Below, in pieces: positions 26,997-37,310 of a stretch of DNA of 52,485 nt. Numbering within the stretch: position 1 is the stretch's first letter; each line of letters opens with the position of its first letter. A program made the position numbers and the translations under genes. Source of the stretch: a virus (Duplodnaviria; Caudoviricetes). Location of the stretch: the IMG/VR virus record IMGVR_UViG_3300033145_000528, positions 1-52,485 of that record. One strand, written 5' to 3'. The notes below the pieces were generated by a model. The model saw only the letters and a list, made by a program, of their open reading frames with translations. It had not been told where the DNA came from and did no database searches.

Positions 26997-29900
26997 TATA
27001 CTTAATCCACTTACTGGCGGAGCTACTACAACAGAATATAAGTTGGAAAAGGGCGAACCATTATCAACATACATGGGATATAGGGAAGAGTGTGTGGTTA
27101 TGTATAATGGGGGGATAATTAGCTTGCCTGTGGATGAGATATTTCCTGCCGAGAACGATGAATATTTGGTCATGCCTATACCAACTGGAGGGGATGAAGG
27201 AACATGGCGGTCACTGGGGCAAATAATGGGAACAGCCACAAGTTTCATACCGGGCGCCTGGATATTACCCCTTACATTCGCGGGAGCCAACCTACTCTTC
27301 TACTTCCTACGAGAAAAGGACAAAGACCTATCCACATCCCCATCTTATTCATGGCAGCACAGAGGCAATCCATCAGCTGCACATGGCTCGGCAATGCCAA
27401 TCATTTACGGTAAGGCAAGAATTAGACCAGTATTGAAGAATCGTTACGTGAAGATAGATGGGGACAGACAAAAATTGTATGCCCTATATTCTATTGCAGC
27501 ACACAGGGTTGATGAAAGGACAGATGTATATACGTATGCGCAATTTGTACATGAAATAGGGGTACGTGGGACTGCAGCGCTGTACGGTGTGGAATATTCT
27601 ATGCCAGTCGCTTATGGCGAGTTACCCGCAGTACCGGGTGCAACACTCTTCCACCCAACCACATATAAAAATGGCATACCGGGACACGGCATGGCATCAT
27701 TCTATAACGATATTGTGATAAACGGGCGGTCAATATCAACTTATGGCGATGATGTACAATGGGAGACACGACCCGGGCTGGCTGCACAAACTATTATTAC
27801 GGGGTTTGAAGCAACGTACAGTAACATCCCAGCAGATATAGAACTTTATTTAGAAGCACCAGAGGTAAGCATGGATGCAGTAAATTTAGTGTATAGTGCT
27901 GAGTCTGGCAGGATAAAATGGAGCGCCCACACAATAAAATTCAATGGAATAGAAGTTGATATAGTAAAGGGCAGTCGTGCTGTAGAGTTCGACCATGATT
28001 ATTACCTTCATTACCGCCCAACCATATCAGCTAATAGATACTATACATCAGATAATGTTGTACCAAGTAGTGTAGATAGTTATATAATAGCGAAGTTCCA
28101 AGTAGCGCCAGCCAGTGATAAATTTCACGTGTCAGATCGCGCTATTTATGACAGGGATACATATAAAGAGTTGCCATCTGGTAGCAATTGGATTTACCCA
28201 GTTACACTAATTCAAAACGCACACAATATAGAACTTACACTCACACTCCCGCATGGGCTATTCACCGCTGCTGCGGGGGAGAATATAATGGACGGTGAGT
28301 GTAGGATATTCGCTCAGTACAGGGTAGAAAATACAGATACATGGACTAATTTTGATTTCAATTTTGCGGAGTCAGTAGACCACTCCAGAAACTATGCAAA
28401 TAATATAAACGCCGGTATAATAACCAGAGTAACCACCAAACCCATAAATCTCTCTATAAGGGCTGTGCCAGAGACGGAACCGCTTACTTACGGGGCAAAT
28501 TACGAAATGCGGGTGGCTGCCAGCTCTACATCATTAGTGAAATTAGTTAATGTAGCAAAAATAGTTTATGGGGAAGAGGACGCCAATGGTAAAAGACAAG
28601 GATTCACGTATCCCGGTGAACCATTACTTGGTATTAAAGCTCTGGCATCTGGACAAATCAGCAGTGACCTTGACGTACAGGTAGATGTGGAAAGAAGTAA
28701 AGTATGGGTGTGGAATACACGCCTCGCAAAAATACTTACCACAGTCAAGATAACACTTTATGCAACCACTAACTACATTCGTATTAAAGGTTGGTATGGG
28801 GACTGGGACGACTTTCAGGTAGGGCAGCTTATTATGATTAGTGGTGCGGTATTAAATAATGGGGTAAACAATGGTATGTATAAAATTAAAGATAAAGCGG
28901 CAAATATGCCCGCTGGTTATCACATTCTATACCTTGATAGTGATTATAGCACTATTACGATTAATGAAAATGGCGCCATGACTACGCGGATGACACTTGC
29001 TCAGGGTTGGGTGCAGGGTGATGCGAATATTCATGCATGGGCTGTTTACGATATATTGGTAAACGGGTATTACAATAGTGATACTGGCTTTTGCCATCCC
29101 ACGTACCCCTACGCAGGGAATGAAAATGGAGAAGCGGTATATGGCTGCGGAGTCAATCCTGCCTACATTGATTACGAGTCATTTAGGGAGTGGGCAGAGT
29201 ACACAGGGTATGATGGCCTCAAGTACGAGTTAAACATCGTTTTTGATACGTTTATGACAGCGTGGGACGCTATTCTACGTATATGTCAGGAAGGTAGGGG
29301 GATTGTTTATCCAGTTGGTACTAAAATCTACGCTATGGCATATCGGGATAGTGATCCTGTACAGTTATTTACTATGGGTAATATTCACGCAGATACGTTC
29401 GCACAAAAGTATATGGAGTCAAGGCAACGAGCTAACATGCTTGAAGTTAAGTATTGGGATGAGGAACGTAATTACGAGGAGACAGTATTGGCTGCAAGGA
29501 CGGAAAATTGGGATAGTGATGCAAGTCTTAACAAGCCAACCAGCATAACACTATATGGTACTACGAATTATAGTCAGGCATATCAGACTGCCCGATTTAC
29601 CATGCTCATGGAAGAATTGCTTAATAATATTATAACATTTGGCGTAGATGTGGATTCATTAGCTTCACAGGTTGGAGATGTGGTGGAAGTAGGGCATGAC
29701 GTATTGGGAACTGGAAGCAGTGGAAGAATAGTATCATATACTGATTTGAGTGGTTCAACCAATAGCGTTACACTGGACCGTACTGTAACCGCCGCTGTTG
29801 GGGATGTGCTACAGGTTAAACACTCGGACGGCACCATCGAGTCTAATACTGTTGATGCGGCCACTACCTCAGCCACATTACACTTTGCTACAGCATGGAC

Positions 29901-30405
29901 CACGGCTCCTGCCCTTCACGATATATATTCGCTCGGTACACCACAAAAATACCGTATCATAGAAATAAGCAGGACGGATGAACTCATGCGAACCCTGACT
30001 CTTATGCAGTATGATGAGAATGCGTATATTACAATATCAGATGATGATAATGATGGGGAGTTCTCGCTGCCTAAACTTGTACCGCCAAGCACATCAGTAG
30101 GGGATGTGGCTAATATACTTAATCTTGCGTCTAATGTCAAACTACAGGAAGTCGTATCAAGGAACAGAACGACGGGCGAATATGAGCCGAGTGTGGTTGT
30201 AACATTTGATTCTATGCCGCCGCCAGCCCCCAGAGGCACGTGGGAGATATATGTTCGGGATGTAGATGCAAGCGATATTAATTGGAAAGGTACATGGGAG
30301 GACAATACGGTCTATGACACCCATGAGAAGGTAGAATTGAATGGTAAGACATTTATAAGCTTGAGTGATAACAATACGACTACACCATTTAAAGTAGGAG
30401 ATTGA
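26980..30405 (+). CDS. Central tail tip/host specificity protein (gpI/gpJ-like), N-terminal part
   Basis: SPSYSW..G.AMPIIYG, YP..LLGIK.LAS.Q.S, P.QLF..GNI, VGDVVEV.HD; ends partway through an FN3-like domain. Confidence 0.85.
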   Translation: MFKITNILNPLTGGATTTEYKLEKGEPLSTYMGYREECVVMYNGGIISLPVDEIFPAENDEYLVMPIPTGGDEGTWRSLGQIMGTATSFIPGAWILPLTFAGANLLFYFLREKDKDLSTSPSYSWQHRGNPSAAHGSAMPIIYGKARIRPVLKNRYVKIDGDRQKLYALYSIAAHRVDERTDVYTYAQFVHEIGVRGTAALYGVEYSMPVAYGELPAVPGATLFHPTTYKNGIPGHGMASFYNDIVINGRSISTYGDDVQWETRPGLAAQTIITGFEATYSNIPADIELYLEAPEVSMDAVNLVYSAESGRIKWSAHTIKFNGIEVDIVKGSRAVEFDHDYYLHYRPTISANRYYTSDNVVPSSVDSYIIAKFQVAPASDKFHVSDRAIYDRDTYKELPSGSNWIYPVTLIQNAHNIELTLTLPHGLFTAAAGENIMDGECRIFAQYRVENTDTWTNFDFNFAESVDHSRNYANNINAGIITRVTTKPINLSIRAVPETEPLTYGANYEMRVAASSTSLVKLVNVAKIVYGEEDANGKRQGFTYPGEPLLGIKALASGQISSDLDVQVDVERSKVWVWNTRLAKILTTVKITLYATTNYIRIKGWYGDWDDFQVGQLIMISGAVLNNGVNNGMYKIKDKAANMPAGYHILYLDSDYSTITINENGAMTTRMTLAQGWVQGDANIHAWAVYDILVNGYYNSDTGFCHPTYPYAGNENGEAVYGCGVNPAYIDYESFREWAEYTGYDGLKYELNIVFDTFMTAWDAILRICQEGRGIVYPVGTKIYAMAYRDSDPVQLFTMGNIHADTFAQKYMESRQRANMLEVKYWDEERNYEETVLAARTENWDSDASLNKPTSITLYGTTNYSQAYQTARFTMLMEELLNNIITFGVDVDSLASQVGDVVEVGHDVLGTGSSGRIVSYTDLSGSTNSVTLDRTVTAAVGDVLQVKHSDGTIESNTVDAATTSATLHFATAWTTAPALHDIYSLGTPQKYRIIEISRTDELMRTLTLMQYDENAYITISDDDNDGEFSLPKLVPPSTSVGDVANILNLASNVKLQEVVSRNRTTGEYEPSVVVTFDSMPPPAPRGTWEIYVRDVDASDINWKGTWEDNTVYDTHEKVELNGKTFISLSDNNTTTPFKVGD

Positions 30406-30406
30406 G

Positions 30407-30964
30407 ATGAATAACCAGATTAGGAAGAAGTTTGTTGTGTGGTTAAGGAGAAAACACCCTGGTACACTTATAAAGATAAGGGATTTTATACTGTATCTTG
30501 TGAGTGCTATGGGAGTAGTGCCTATGAGTGCCACACTCGGGGTAAGGGTGCTGCGAAAAGATGGCACAGTGGAAGATAAGGGGATAGTGAGCACGCACGA
30601 GGTTACGGACGCATTTGTGGCGTATCTTGTAGACTCATTGCAGGGGACAGAAGCCGATTGGATCAATTTTAAGTATCATGATAGCGGTGAAGACGCCACT
30701 GCAGAAGACCCATCTGATACGGCACTTGGTACGCCGTGTGGGGAAGCCAGAGATACTGGTACGCAGATTGAAGGAGCTGCTAACATCTACAAGTCGGTTG
30801 CCACCCATACCTATGCCGGTACATTTGCCATAGTGGAGCATGGACTGTTTAATGCTTCGGCCAACGGCACACTTATGGATAGGTCGGTGTTTAGCGTTAT
30901 CAATGTAAATTCTGGGGATAAGGTGGAATTCACGTACCAATTGACTTGTAACTCGGGAGGATGA
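30407..30964 (+). CDS. Hypothetical tail-associated structural protein
   Basis: F.YH.SG..E...DTAL, I.EHGLFN....GTL.DRSVF..INV..GD...FTY.L pattern. Confidence 0.6.
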   Translation: MNNQIRKKFVVWLRRKHPGTLIKIRDFILYLVSAMGVVPMSATLGVRVLRKDGTVEDKGIVSTHEVTDAFVAYLVDSLQGTEADWINFKYHDSGEDATAEDPSDTALGTPCGEARDTGTQIEGAANIYKSVATHTYAGTFAIVEHGLFNASANGTLMDRSVFSVINVNSGDKVEFTYQLTCNSGG

Positions 30965-30969
30965 CCAAT

Positions 30970-32733
30970 ATGAGAAAATTACTATTATGTATATTGTTAT
31001 TGTTTTTGGTTGTGCCTGTTACGTCCTACGGGCAGTCGGGTTATACACTGCGTTCATTCTCCGCCAACATGGATTCATTACAAAGCGGGTTGACTGGTAA
31101 TATATCCGCAGAGAATTTAAGGGACGCTATTGCTTCATTGTGGAAAGGGGATTTGCCAGATAGCATCGACTTATTACTGAATTCTGCCAGAAACGAGTTT
31201 ACTATAGGTAATTTTGGAAACACAACGATTACAACGCTTGACAGTCTTGGCATCGGGACGGCAACTCCTGAAGCGAAGTTGCATGTTTCAGGTGGTGTGG
31301 GTTTGTATGACAGTGATAGAAGCATAACTTCTTTGCATCACATAGTAGACAAGAAGTATGTGGATGAAGCCGTAACTGCACTGGGGGCAAGGTATTATAT
31401 GCTCGACACTAACTCTGGAACAGCAGATTACAAACTCTGCTCCCTGACTCCGTCTGCTGGTGCGGAACAGGACACAAGCATGACATCTCTGTCGAATGAT
31501 GATTATATTCTCGGCTGGATTTCTCCAAACGCTAATGAACCAGAAAAGCTGATAACTGGAGTTTACAACTGGCGATTTTATGCCGAGAAAACAGCCGGCA
31601 CGGAAACGTTAAGACTATATTGGAAATTGGTTGAGCGGAAAAGCGATACTTCAGAGGTTATTGTTGGAACTTCCGTTGTTAGCAACGAGGTAACATCTGG
31701 CAAGAACTCGTATATCATTCCCCTAACCATATCGGCAGACCATGATTTAGCAAGTGATAGTTATGTTGTGGGAAAACTTTATGCTGATGTGTCTGGAAGT
31801 GGTTCAGCACCGAGTATTACTTTGTATTATGAGGGAAATTCTACTTCTCACTGGGATATACCCGTTAACACAGAGATACTTGACGGCAGGTATGTTAATG
31901 CTGATGGCGATACGATGACTGGTGCGTTGACTGTGCTTAATAATATACAGGCAATAAAATCTGGTGTAACAGGATTTATAAAAGTTGGTTCGGATGATGC
32001 GGAAAGTGGGGCATTTTATGCTTATGGTGATGACGCCAACATTGGTGGGCAATTAGTGTTATGGAACTCTCTGAATGAAGATACCAATTACGAATATTAT
32101 GATTTCTGGTCAAACGGTGACCAGCTCGATATGACAGCAGGGGGTAATGATATAGTTACATTCTATGGGAATGGCAATTTCACAATAACAGGTACAACCG
32201 CAACCAAAGCCTCTGGTACAACATGGGCAGAAGCATCTGACATACGTATTAAGCAAAATATCGCTGACATACAAGACGGATTAGAGAAATTACGCAACAT
32301 ACGACCCGTGAGCTTTAATTATACAGAAAAATGGGTAGATAATAACCCAGCTCTTGATACCACTACTCTACATCGGGGATTTGTGGCTGATGAACTGGAA
32401 ACCACACTTCCAAAATCCGTTGGGGTCATACCGAAAATATATAAGACAATTAAACAAGCAGTACTGGATTCAACAGGGAAAGTTATTGAGCCTGAAGTCC
32501 GTGAACTCCAATACACCGATTTAAAAACAATTACAACGCATGATGTAAATGTACTGGCAATCGCAGCTATCAAAGAACTTGATACCAAAGTTCAGGAGCT
32601 TGAAGAAAGAATAGAGATATTGGAAGCAAATCAAAAAGAAACATCATACACCCCAATAGCCCTTATGGTGGGGACTGGAGTGCTGGCAGGTTTAGCTGGA
32701 CTTTACAAACGGAGAAAATCCAACAATGCCTAA
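30970..32733 (+). CDS. Tail-fiber-like protein with peptidase S74 intramolecular chaperone, N-terminal signal peptide and C-terminal transmembrane anchor
   Basis: MRKLLLCILLLFLVVPVTSYG; LGIGTATPEAKLHV fiber repeat; ASDIRIKQNI..LEKL..IRPVSFNY..GFVADEL; coiled coil; PIALMVGTGVLAGLAGLYKRRK. Confidence 0.8.
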   Translation: MRKLLLCILLLFLVVPVTSYGQSGYTLRSFSANMDSLQSGLTGNISAENLRDAIASLWKGDLPDSIDLLLNSARNEFTIGNFGNTTITTLDSLGIGTATPEAKLHVSGGVGLYDSDRSITSLHHIVDKKYVDEAVTALGARYYMLDTNSGTADYKLCSLTPSAGAEQDTSMTSLSNDDYILGWISPNANEPEKLITGVYNWRFYAEKTAGTETLRLYWKLVERKSDTSEVIVGTSVVSNEVTSGKNSYIIPLTISADHDLASDSYVVGKLYADVSGSGSAPSITLYYEGNSTSHWDIPVNTEILDGRYVNADGDTMTGALTVLNNIQAIKSGVTGFIKVGSDDAESGAFYAYGDDANIGGQLVLWNSLNEDTNYEYYDFWSNGDQLDMTAGGNDIVTFYGNGNFTITGTTATKASGTTWAEASDIRIKQNIADIQDGLEKLRNIRPVSFNYTEKWVDNNPALDTTTLHRGFVADELETTLPKSVGVIPKIYKTIKQAVLDSTGKVIEPEVRELQYTDLKTITTHDVNVLAIAAIKELDTKVQELEERIEILEANQKETSYTPIALMVGTGVLAGLAGLYKRRKSNNA

Positions 32734-33211
32734 TGGCAGCTTTGACAGTAGTTTTGACAGTAGTTTTGAAAAAGGTGCATCACAGGCTGTAGGGGGTACG
32801 TTATCCTTCTCTGGGGATGTTGCCAGAGCATTGACTATGTATAGGGCATTTGATGGCACACTCACCCCATCTGGTGTACTAACAAAAGGCATGTATGAAG
32901 CATTTGGCGGCTCAATCTCCCCCAATGGTACGCTATCCGCTGCCATAACTATTATCCAAGCCCTCTGTGGCACGTTGGATCTTGACGGGGCATTATCGGG
33001 TCATAACCCAGATTGGCTACTTATTGACGAGGACTTAATGTGGATGGGTGAATGGTCAGCCACCCACAGTTACGATATTGACGACGTAGTTCTGCACAAA
33101 TACGGTAACGAATGGCACGTGTTTGTGAGCAAGGTGGGACATAATGTAGGGAATGCGCCAAATTCATCAGCAGTACAATGGCACAGGCTTTATCAGGAGC
33201 AATTATTATGA
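32726..33211 (+). CDS. Hypothetical tail-associated protein with G-T-L repeats and a C-terminal carbohydrate-binding-like motif
   Basis: Repeating GTL(S/T).SG units; WMGEWSATHSYDIDDVV. Confidence 0.55.
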   Translation: MPNGSFDSSFDSSFEKGASQAVGGTLSFSGDVARALTMYRAFDGTLTPSGVLTKGMYEAFGGSISPNGTLSAAITIIQALCGTLDLDGALSGHNPDWLLIDEDLMWMGEWSATHSYDIDDVVLHKYGNEWHVFVSKVGHNVGNAPNSSAVQWHRLYQEQLL

Positions 33212-34968
33212 ACAAGACCAATGACAAGAGTACGACTCTCAACCTTAACTTCACCAAAGACCACGAATATGAGGTGAAGGTGGTTGCAGTCGGGCCGGAC
33301 GGTACAAAACAACCTATAGACGAGGCTGCGTGCAACACAATAACCATTCAGGGCAAATTAGACACACCAGACTCCCCAAGCGGGCTTACCACTACTGGTT
33401 TTCTTAATGCAATTTCTTTGTCATGGACTAATCCGCTTGACTATGACCTCGACCATGTGGAAATATGGCGGTCTGACGTCAATAGTGCCGCATTTGCAAG
33501 CAAAATAGCAGAAGTTAAGGGTGTAACGTATTTGGATACGGTTGGGACACCCAATCTCACCTACTATTATTGGATTGAGGCAATAAACACATCAGGAACA
33601 GCGTCTGGTCTCCACCCAAGCACTACTGAGGGCGTTTCTGGGACGTCATTAGGGGTTGAGGTTACGGATATAGATGATTTCGCCATCGATGCTACCAAGA
33701 TGTTTATCAATACCATAATTTTGAGTGCGGATGTATGGACGGATAATAGCCCTGATGCGGGTAAGATAGCATGGAATGCCCACACCATTGTGTATAATGG
33801 CGCATCCTACCCTATTACGGCGGGCAATACGGCACTTAAGTACGTTTATTGGACTGTGGGTAGTACTACGTATTCGGCGTCAGCTACACACCCTGCATTA
33901 GGCACGACAGCCTTCATGATAGCCACCAATGCGGGGGGCATACACACACTTGTATGGAATAATTCCGCTAACATGGTGATTGGGTCGGCGTTCATCATGG
34001 ATTTGGACGTGGATAAACTCGTCGCCAATGCTGCCAGCACCAACGAGTTCGTGTCCAACACCGCCCAGATAAAAAATGGTATTATCAATGATGCAAAAAT
34101 CACGGGGACGTTGACTGTTGGGCATACGGACGCCAAATGTACTGACCCCGATGCTGACCAGACATCAGCTAATCCGCAGCCAGTTAGTTGGCTTACTGAT
34201 GCTGGGGCTATGGCTTATGAAGATTTGGTTGAAAAAGCAAAACTGGGAACAACAATAGTCGAGGGGGGCTACATTAAGACAGACTTGCTGACTGCTGATA
34301 ATATTGTTACGGGTACTTTGACAGGTAGGGTAGTACAGACAGCAGTAAGCGGACAAAGGGTAGTTGTAGATTCTTCTGATAATACAATAAAGTTTTATGA
34401 TTCAAGTGAAAATATTAAAGTTTTAATTGATGATTTAAGTGGTGGTTTTGTGAGAGTTGGACAATCAACTGGTGCAGATGGTGAATCGTGGGTCGACGTA
34501 GAAAGCGGGAAAATAAGTATTTATGATAGCTGGGTGTCTACACTCTTATCACTTCATTATTATAAACCTGCATATCCGGGATTTTATGATTTAATATTGT
34601 TTGAGGTGGGTGCATATGGAAACACTACGATAGGGTCGTCTGAACAGTCAAGCACACTAACTCTAAACGGTGATTTGATTGGAAAATACATTACTACAGA
34701 AAAATATCGAATAAGCCAAACTACTGGTAACATAACAACTGTTGGTACAGTTGACGGAGTGGACATATCATCCCATGACCATACAGGCGTTGCAGGGCAT
34801 GGAGTTAAGATAACTCATAGTAATTTAGACGGTATTGGTGCTAATGATCATCATAGTGAATCCCACTCACTCGGCTCACACAACAATGTAGATATAGTAT
34901 CACCCGCAAATGGGGATGTTTTAGAATATTCGATTGCTGACAGCAAATGGCATAATGTACAACCTTAA
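33208..34968 (+). CDS. FN3-containing tail tip/fiber protein (probable continuation of the J-like gene)
   Basis: YEVKVVAV, P..PSGL, LSWTNP.D.DL.HVEIWRS, YYYWI.AIN.SG..S; VDGVDIS.H.H knob-like C-terminus. Confidence 0.75.
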   Translation: MNKTNDKSTTLNLNFTKDHEYEVKVVAVGPDGTKQPIDEAACNTITIQGKLDTPDSPSGLTTTGFLNAISLSWTNPLDYDLDHVEIWRSDVNSAAFASKIAEVKGVTYLDTVGTPNLTYYYWIEAINTSGTASGLHPSTTEGVSGTSLGVEVTDIDDFAIDATKMFINTIILSADVWTDNSPDAGKIAWNAHTIVYNGASYPITAGNTALKYVYWTVGSTTYSASATHPALGTTAFMIATNAGGIHTLVWNNSANMVIGSAFIMDLDVDKLVANAASTNEFVSNTAQIKNGIINDAKITGTLTVGHTDAKCTDPDADQTSANPQPVSWLTDAGAMAYEDLVEKAKLGTTIVEGGYIKTDLLTADNIVTGTLTGRVVQTAVSGQRVVVDSSDNTIKFYDSSENIKVLIDDLSGGFVRVGQSTGADGESWVDVESGKISIYDSWVSTLLSLHYYKPAYPGFYDLILFEVGAYGNTTIGSSEQSSTLTLNGDLIGKYITTEKYRISQTTGNITTVGTVDGVDISSHDHTGVAGHGVKITHSNLDGIGANDHHSESHSLGSHNNVDIVSPANGDVLEYSIADSKWHNVQP

Positions 34969-34992
34969 GACCGGAGGATAAAGGAGGGTGCA

Positions 34993-35226
34993 ATGACCGA
35001 CGTAATAATATCCAATTTAATAACCATAGGTGTCGTTGGTGCAGGGTTCATTGGCAATGCCCTCTACCTGCGTGGCAATTTCGGAGCACGCATTAAGAAC
35101 AACGAGTCCAACATTTCCGCCTTATGGGACGAAAAACAGTCCATTACAACATGTGAAGCAAAAGCGGGCGGCATAGATACACGTGTGTCGAGGCTTGAAC
35201 GTATTAGAAACGGTGGGATAACTTGA
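34993..35226 (+). CDS. Putative holin/membrane protein
   Basis: N-terminal hydrophobic helix plus coiled coil, directly before the endolysin. Confidence 0.5.
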   Translation: MTDVIISNLITIGVVGAGFIGNALYLRGNFGARIKNNESNISALWDEKQSITTCEAKAGGIDTRVSRLERIRNGGIT

Positions 35227-35238
35227 AAGGCGACTCCA

Positions 35239-35679
35239 ATGATACCTAAAATGATAGTCATACATCACAGTTTAACTGCCGACAACCACACAGTCTCATG
35301 GGACAATATAAGAGATTACCATGTAAACGTTAAAGGCTGGAATGACATCGGATACCATTATGGCATCGAGCTTATTGAAGATAGGTATGAAATATTAGTA
35401 GGGCGTATGATGAATGAACAAGGCGCCCATGTCAGGTCTCATAATAACAACACACTCGGCATATGCTTTATTGGGGATTATGACCATTCAGAAGTCCCAC
35501 CAGCCATGTGGAGAAAAGGGTTGCGTCTTGTGGCAAGCCTATGTTATATTCTTAAAATAGAAGCCAGTAATGTTTATGGTCATAGGGAATTTAATAATTA
35601 TAAAACGTGTCCGGGCAGAAAATTTAACATGATTGGTTTCCGTGCACAATTAACACAAAGCATCAGAGAGTTTTCATAA
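35239..35679 (+). CDS. Endolysin, N-acetylmuramoyl-L-alanine amidase (Amidase_2)
   Basis: [35 protein letters not shown]...KTCPG. Confidence 0.95.
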   Translation: MIPKMIVIHHSLTADNHTVSWDNIRDYHVNVKGWNDIGYHYGIELIEDRYEILVGRMMNEQGAHVRSHNNNTLGICFIGDYDHSEVPPAMWRKGLRLVASLCYILKIEASNVYGHREFNNYKTCPGRKFNMIGFRAQLTQSIREFS

Positions 35680-35704
35680 ACTCATTAATCACAGGAGGCA
35701 TCAC

Positions 35705-35977
35705 ATGAATTGGGAAACTATAGTGGGCGTAATAACCCATCCCGTAACCGTAACCATAATCACCGCCATAGCCGGAGTATCCTTCAGGGGTTTCGTCAAG
35801 TATAAGAAGGCATTCAAAGCCTTCATAGACATCCCCAGAGCCGTGATAAACTCCCGCAGGGACGGATCAGCTGGCGGCAAACATATAACGGAGGCTGAAT
35901 ATACCCGCATCGGCAAAGAAATTGTAGAATTCATCGAAGAACTGCCACCCTTACTTAAGAAAGGGGCTCATTTATGA
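35705..35977 (+). CDS. Membrane protein (possible holin)
   Basis: N-terminal TM helix, basic stretch; RBS AGGAGG; follows the endolysin. Confidence 0.55.
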   Translation: MNWETIVGVITHPVTVTIITAIAGVSFRGFVKYKKAFKAFIDIPRAVINSRRDGSAGGKHITEAEYTRIGKEIVEFIEELPPLLKKGAHL

Positions 35978-36276
35978 AAATCAACCTCTTAACCCCCATA
36001 ACCGACCTCGACAAAACCCCCATACCAGAAGCTGACGGCAAGCCCATGACACTACGCTCCGTAATTTGCGGCGCACTCGTATCCCAAAAACAGGGAGATA
36101 ACCCACCCGGAATAGAAAAAGTCCGCCGGTACAACCTTGCTACACGGGTATTTGCTTCCGATACAATAGACTTGGGCATCGACGACCTAAAATTAATCCG
36201 TGACCTCGTGGCAGACAGCTATGTAACACTGGTAGTAGGTCAGGTATGGGGTATTCTCGACCCGCCAACATCATAA
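35974..36276 (+). CDS. Hypothetical protein
   Basis: ATGA coupling; EK..RY.LA..V.....DL...DL.LI..LV pattern. Confidence 0.65.
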   Translation: MKINLLTPITDLDKTPIPEADGKPMTLRSVICGALVSQKQGDNPPGIEKVRRYNLATRVFASDTIDLGIDDLKLIRDLVADSYVTLVVGQVWGILDPPTS

Positions 36277-36594
36277 CCGCCCGTAGACAGGACTGCCCAT
36301 TGACACTAAAGATGTAGACGGGGTAAAACACCTAAATTGCACACTACCTAATACATCAACACCACGCCCGGGGTCTAACCCACCTCGGGCTGCTTAATTT
36401 CCCATTCGACCCACCCAATTCCCTGCAACCCACCAACTTACCGCAAAACCACATTATTAATTAATAGTAATACTACCATACCCATTTATTGAAAACTGAA
36501 CACCGCATTTAAGTACCACCATACCATCACTATATTAGAAAGTCATAATAACCCAATAAACGCACGGGGTAGGGGACTGCCCTACGGCTCACGA

Positions 36595-36622
36595 TGTGCG
36601 CATAATAGGCATTATGTAAACA
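36595..36622 (+). other. dif-like XerCD recombination site
   Basis: TGTGCGCATAA-TAGGCA-TTATGTAAACA: left arm 10/11 to the E. coli dif XerC arm (GGTGCGCATAA), right arm 10/11 to the B. subtilis dif arm (TTATGTAAACT), 6-bp centre, non-coding location. Confidence 0.8.
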
Positions 36623-36878
36623 AGTATAAACAATACGACTATTGACGCCTCTTCCCCATTGCCAGTATATTACTATAATTCTATATTCTTACTTATTCTT
36701 ATGTGTAGTGTTGCAAAATGCGTCACTTATATTATAAAAACAGTATAGACCCGCAGTTAAATATCCTGTTAGCGATCCGCCAAAACAGGGGTTGTCTGAC
36801 AACGTTATGCGGGTATTGTGATATTGTAATGGGTAACGGCTTATTAGTATTATTTTTGTAAATAATTGACATTAATTA

Positions 36879-36916
36879 AAAAAAGTACTTGACAATGATG
36901 TATTGTATGTTATATT
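36879..36916 (+). promoter_or_regulatory. Early promoter (sigma70-type)
   Basis: AAAAAAGTAC-TTGACA (36889-36894), 16-bp spacer, TGnTATATT (-10 at 36911-36916). Confidence 0.7.
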
Positions 36917-37044
36917 GTATAACGGGCTATAGGAATTGGGTATTTGGTATAACAATTAGTAAGGGGGGAGGTACATGGATCACGGCAGCAGCAAGGGAAA
37001 TGGACGGGGGCTTATAAAACTAATATTAACAAGGGGGCGGTACA

Positions 37045-37284
37045 ATGTATATCGGAAAACACATTGGGTGCAATGTCAAAGCACTTAACAAGACTGCGTT
37101 ATGTAAGTATAGCCATGATACTTGGTTGTTCAGCAATAACGTGAAGCTGGCTGATTTCGAAAAAGTATGTGTAGAACCAGGGTCACAAATCGTTCTTAAC
37201 GGCATTGACTGGGGTGGCGATACTATACCGTCTTGGAAGATTATCTTTCGTGATGATAATGGTGAATTAGTGGTATATGAATAA
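37045..37284 (+). CDS. Early hypothetical protein
   Basis: RBS AAGGGGG; first gene of the small-gene array. Confidence 0.6.
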   Translation: MYIGKHIGCNVKALNKTALCKYSHDTWLFSNNVKLADFEKVCVEPGSQIVLNGIDWGGDTIPSWKIIFRDDNGELVVYE

Positions 37285-37310
37285 CATGAAACCACGAAAG
37301 GAGCAGTACA

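Noticed and set aside
26980-34968. Diversity-generating retroelement or invertible tail cassette
   Set aside because: No reverse transcriptase, invertase or template/variable repeat pair was seen.
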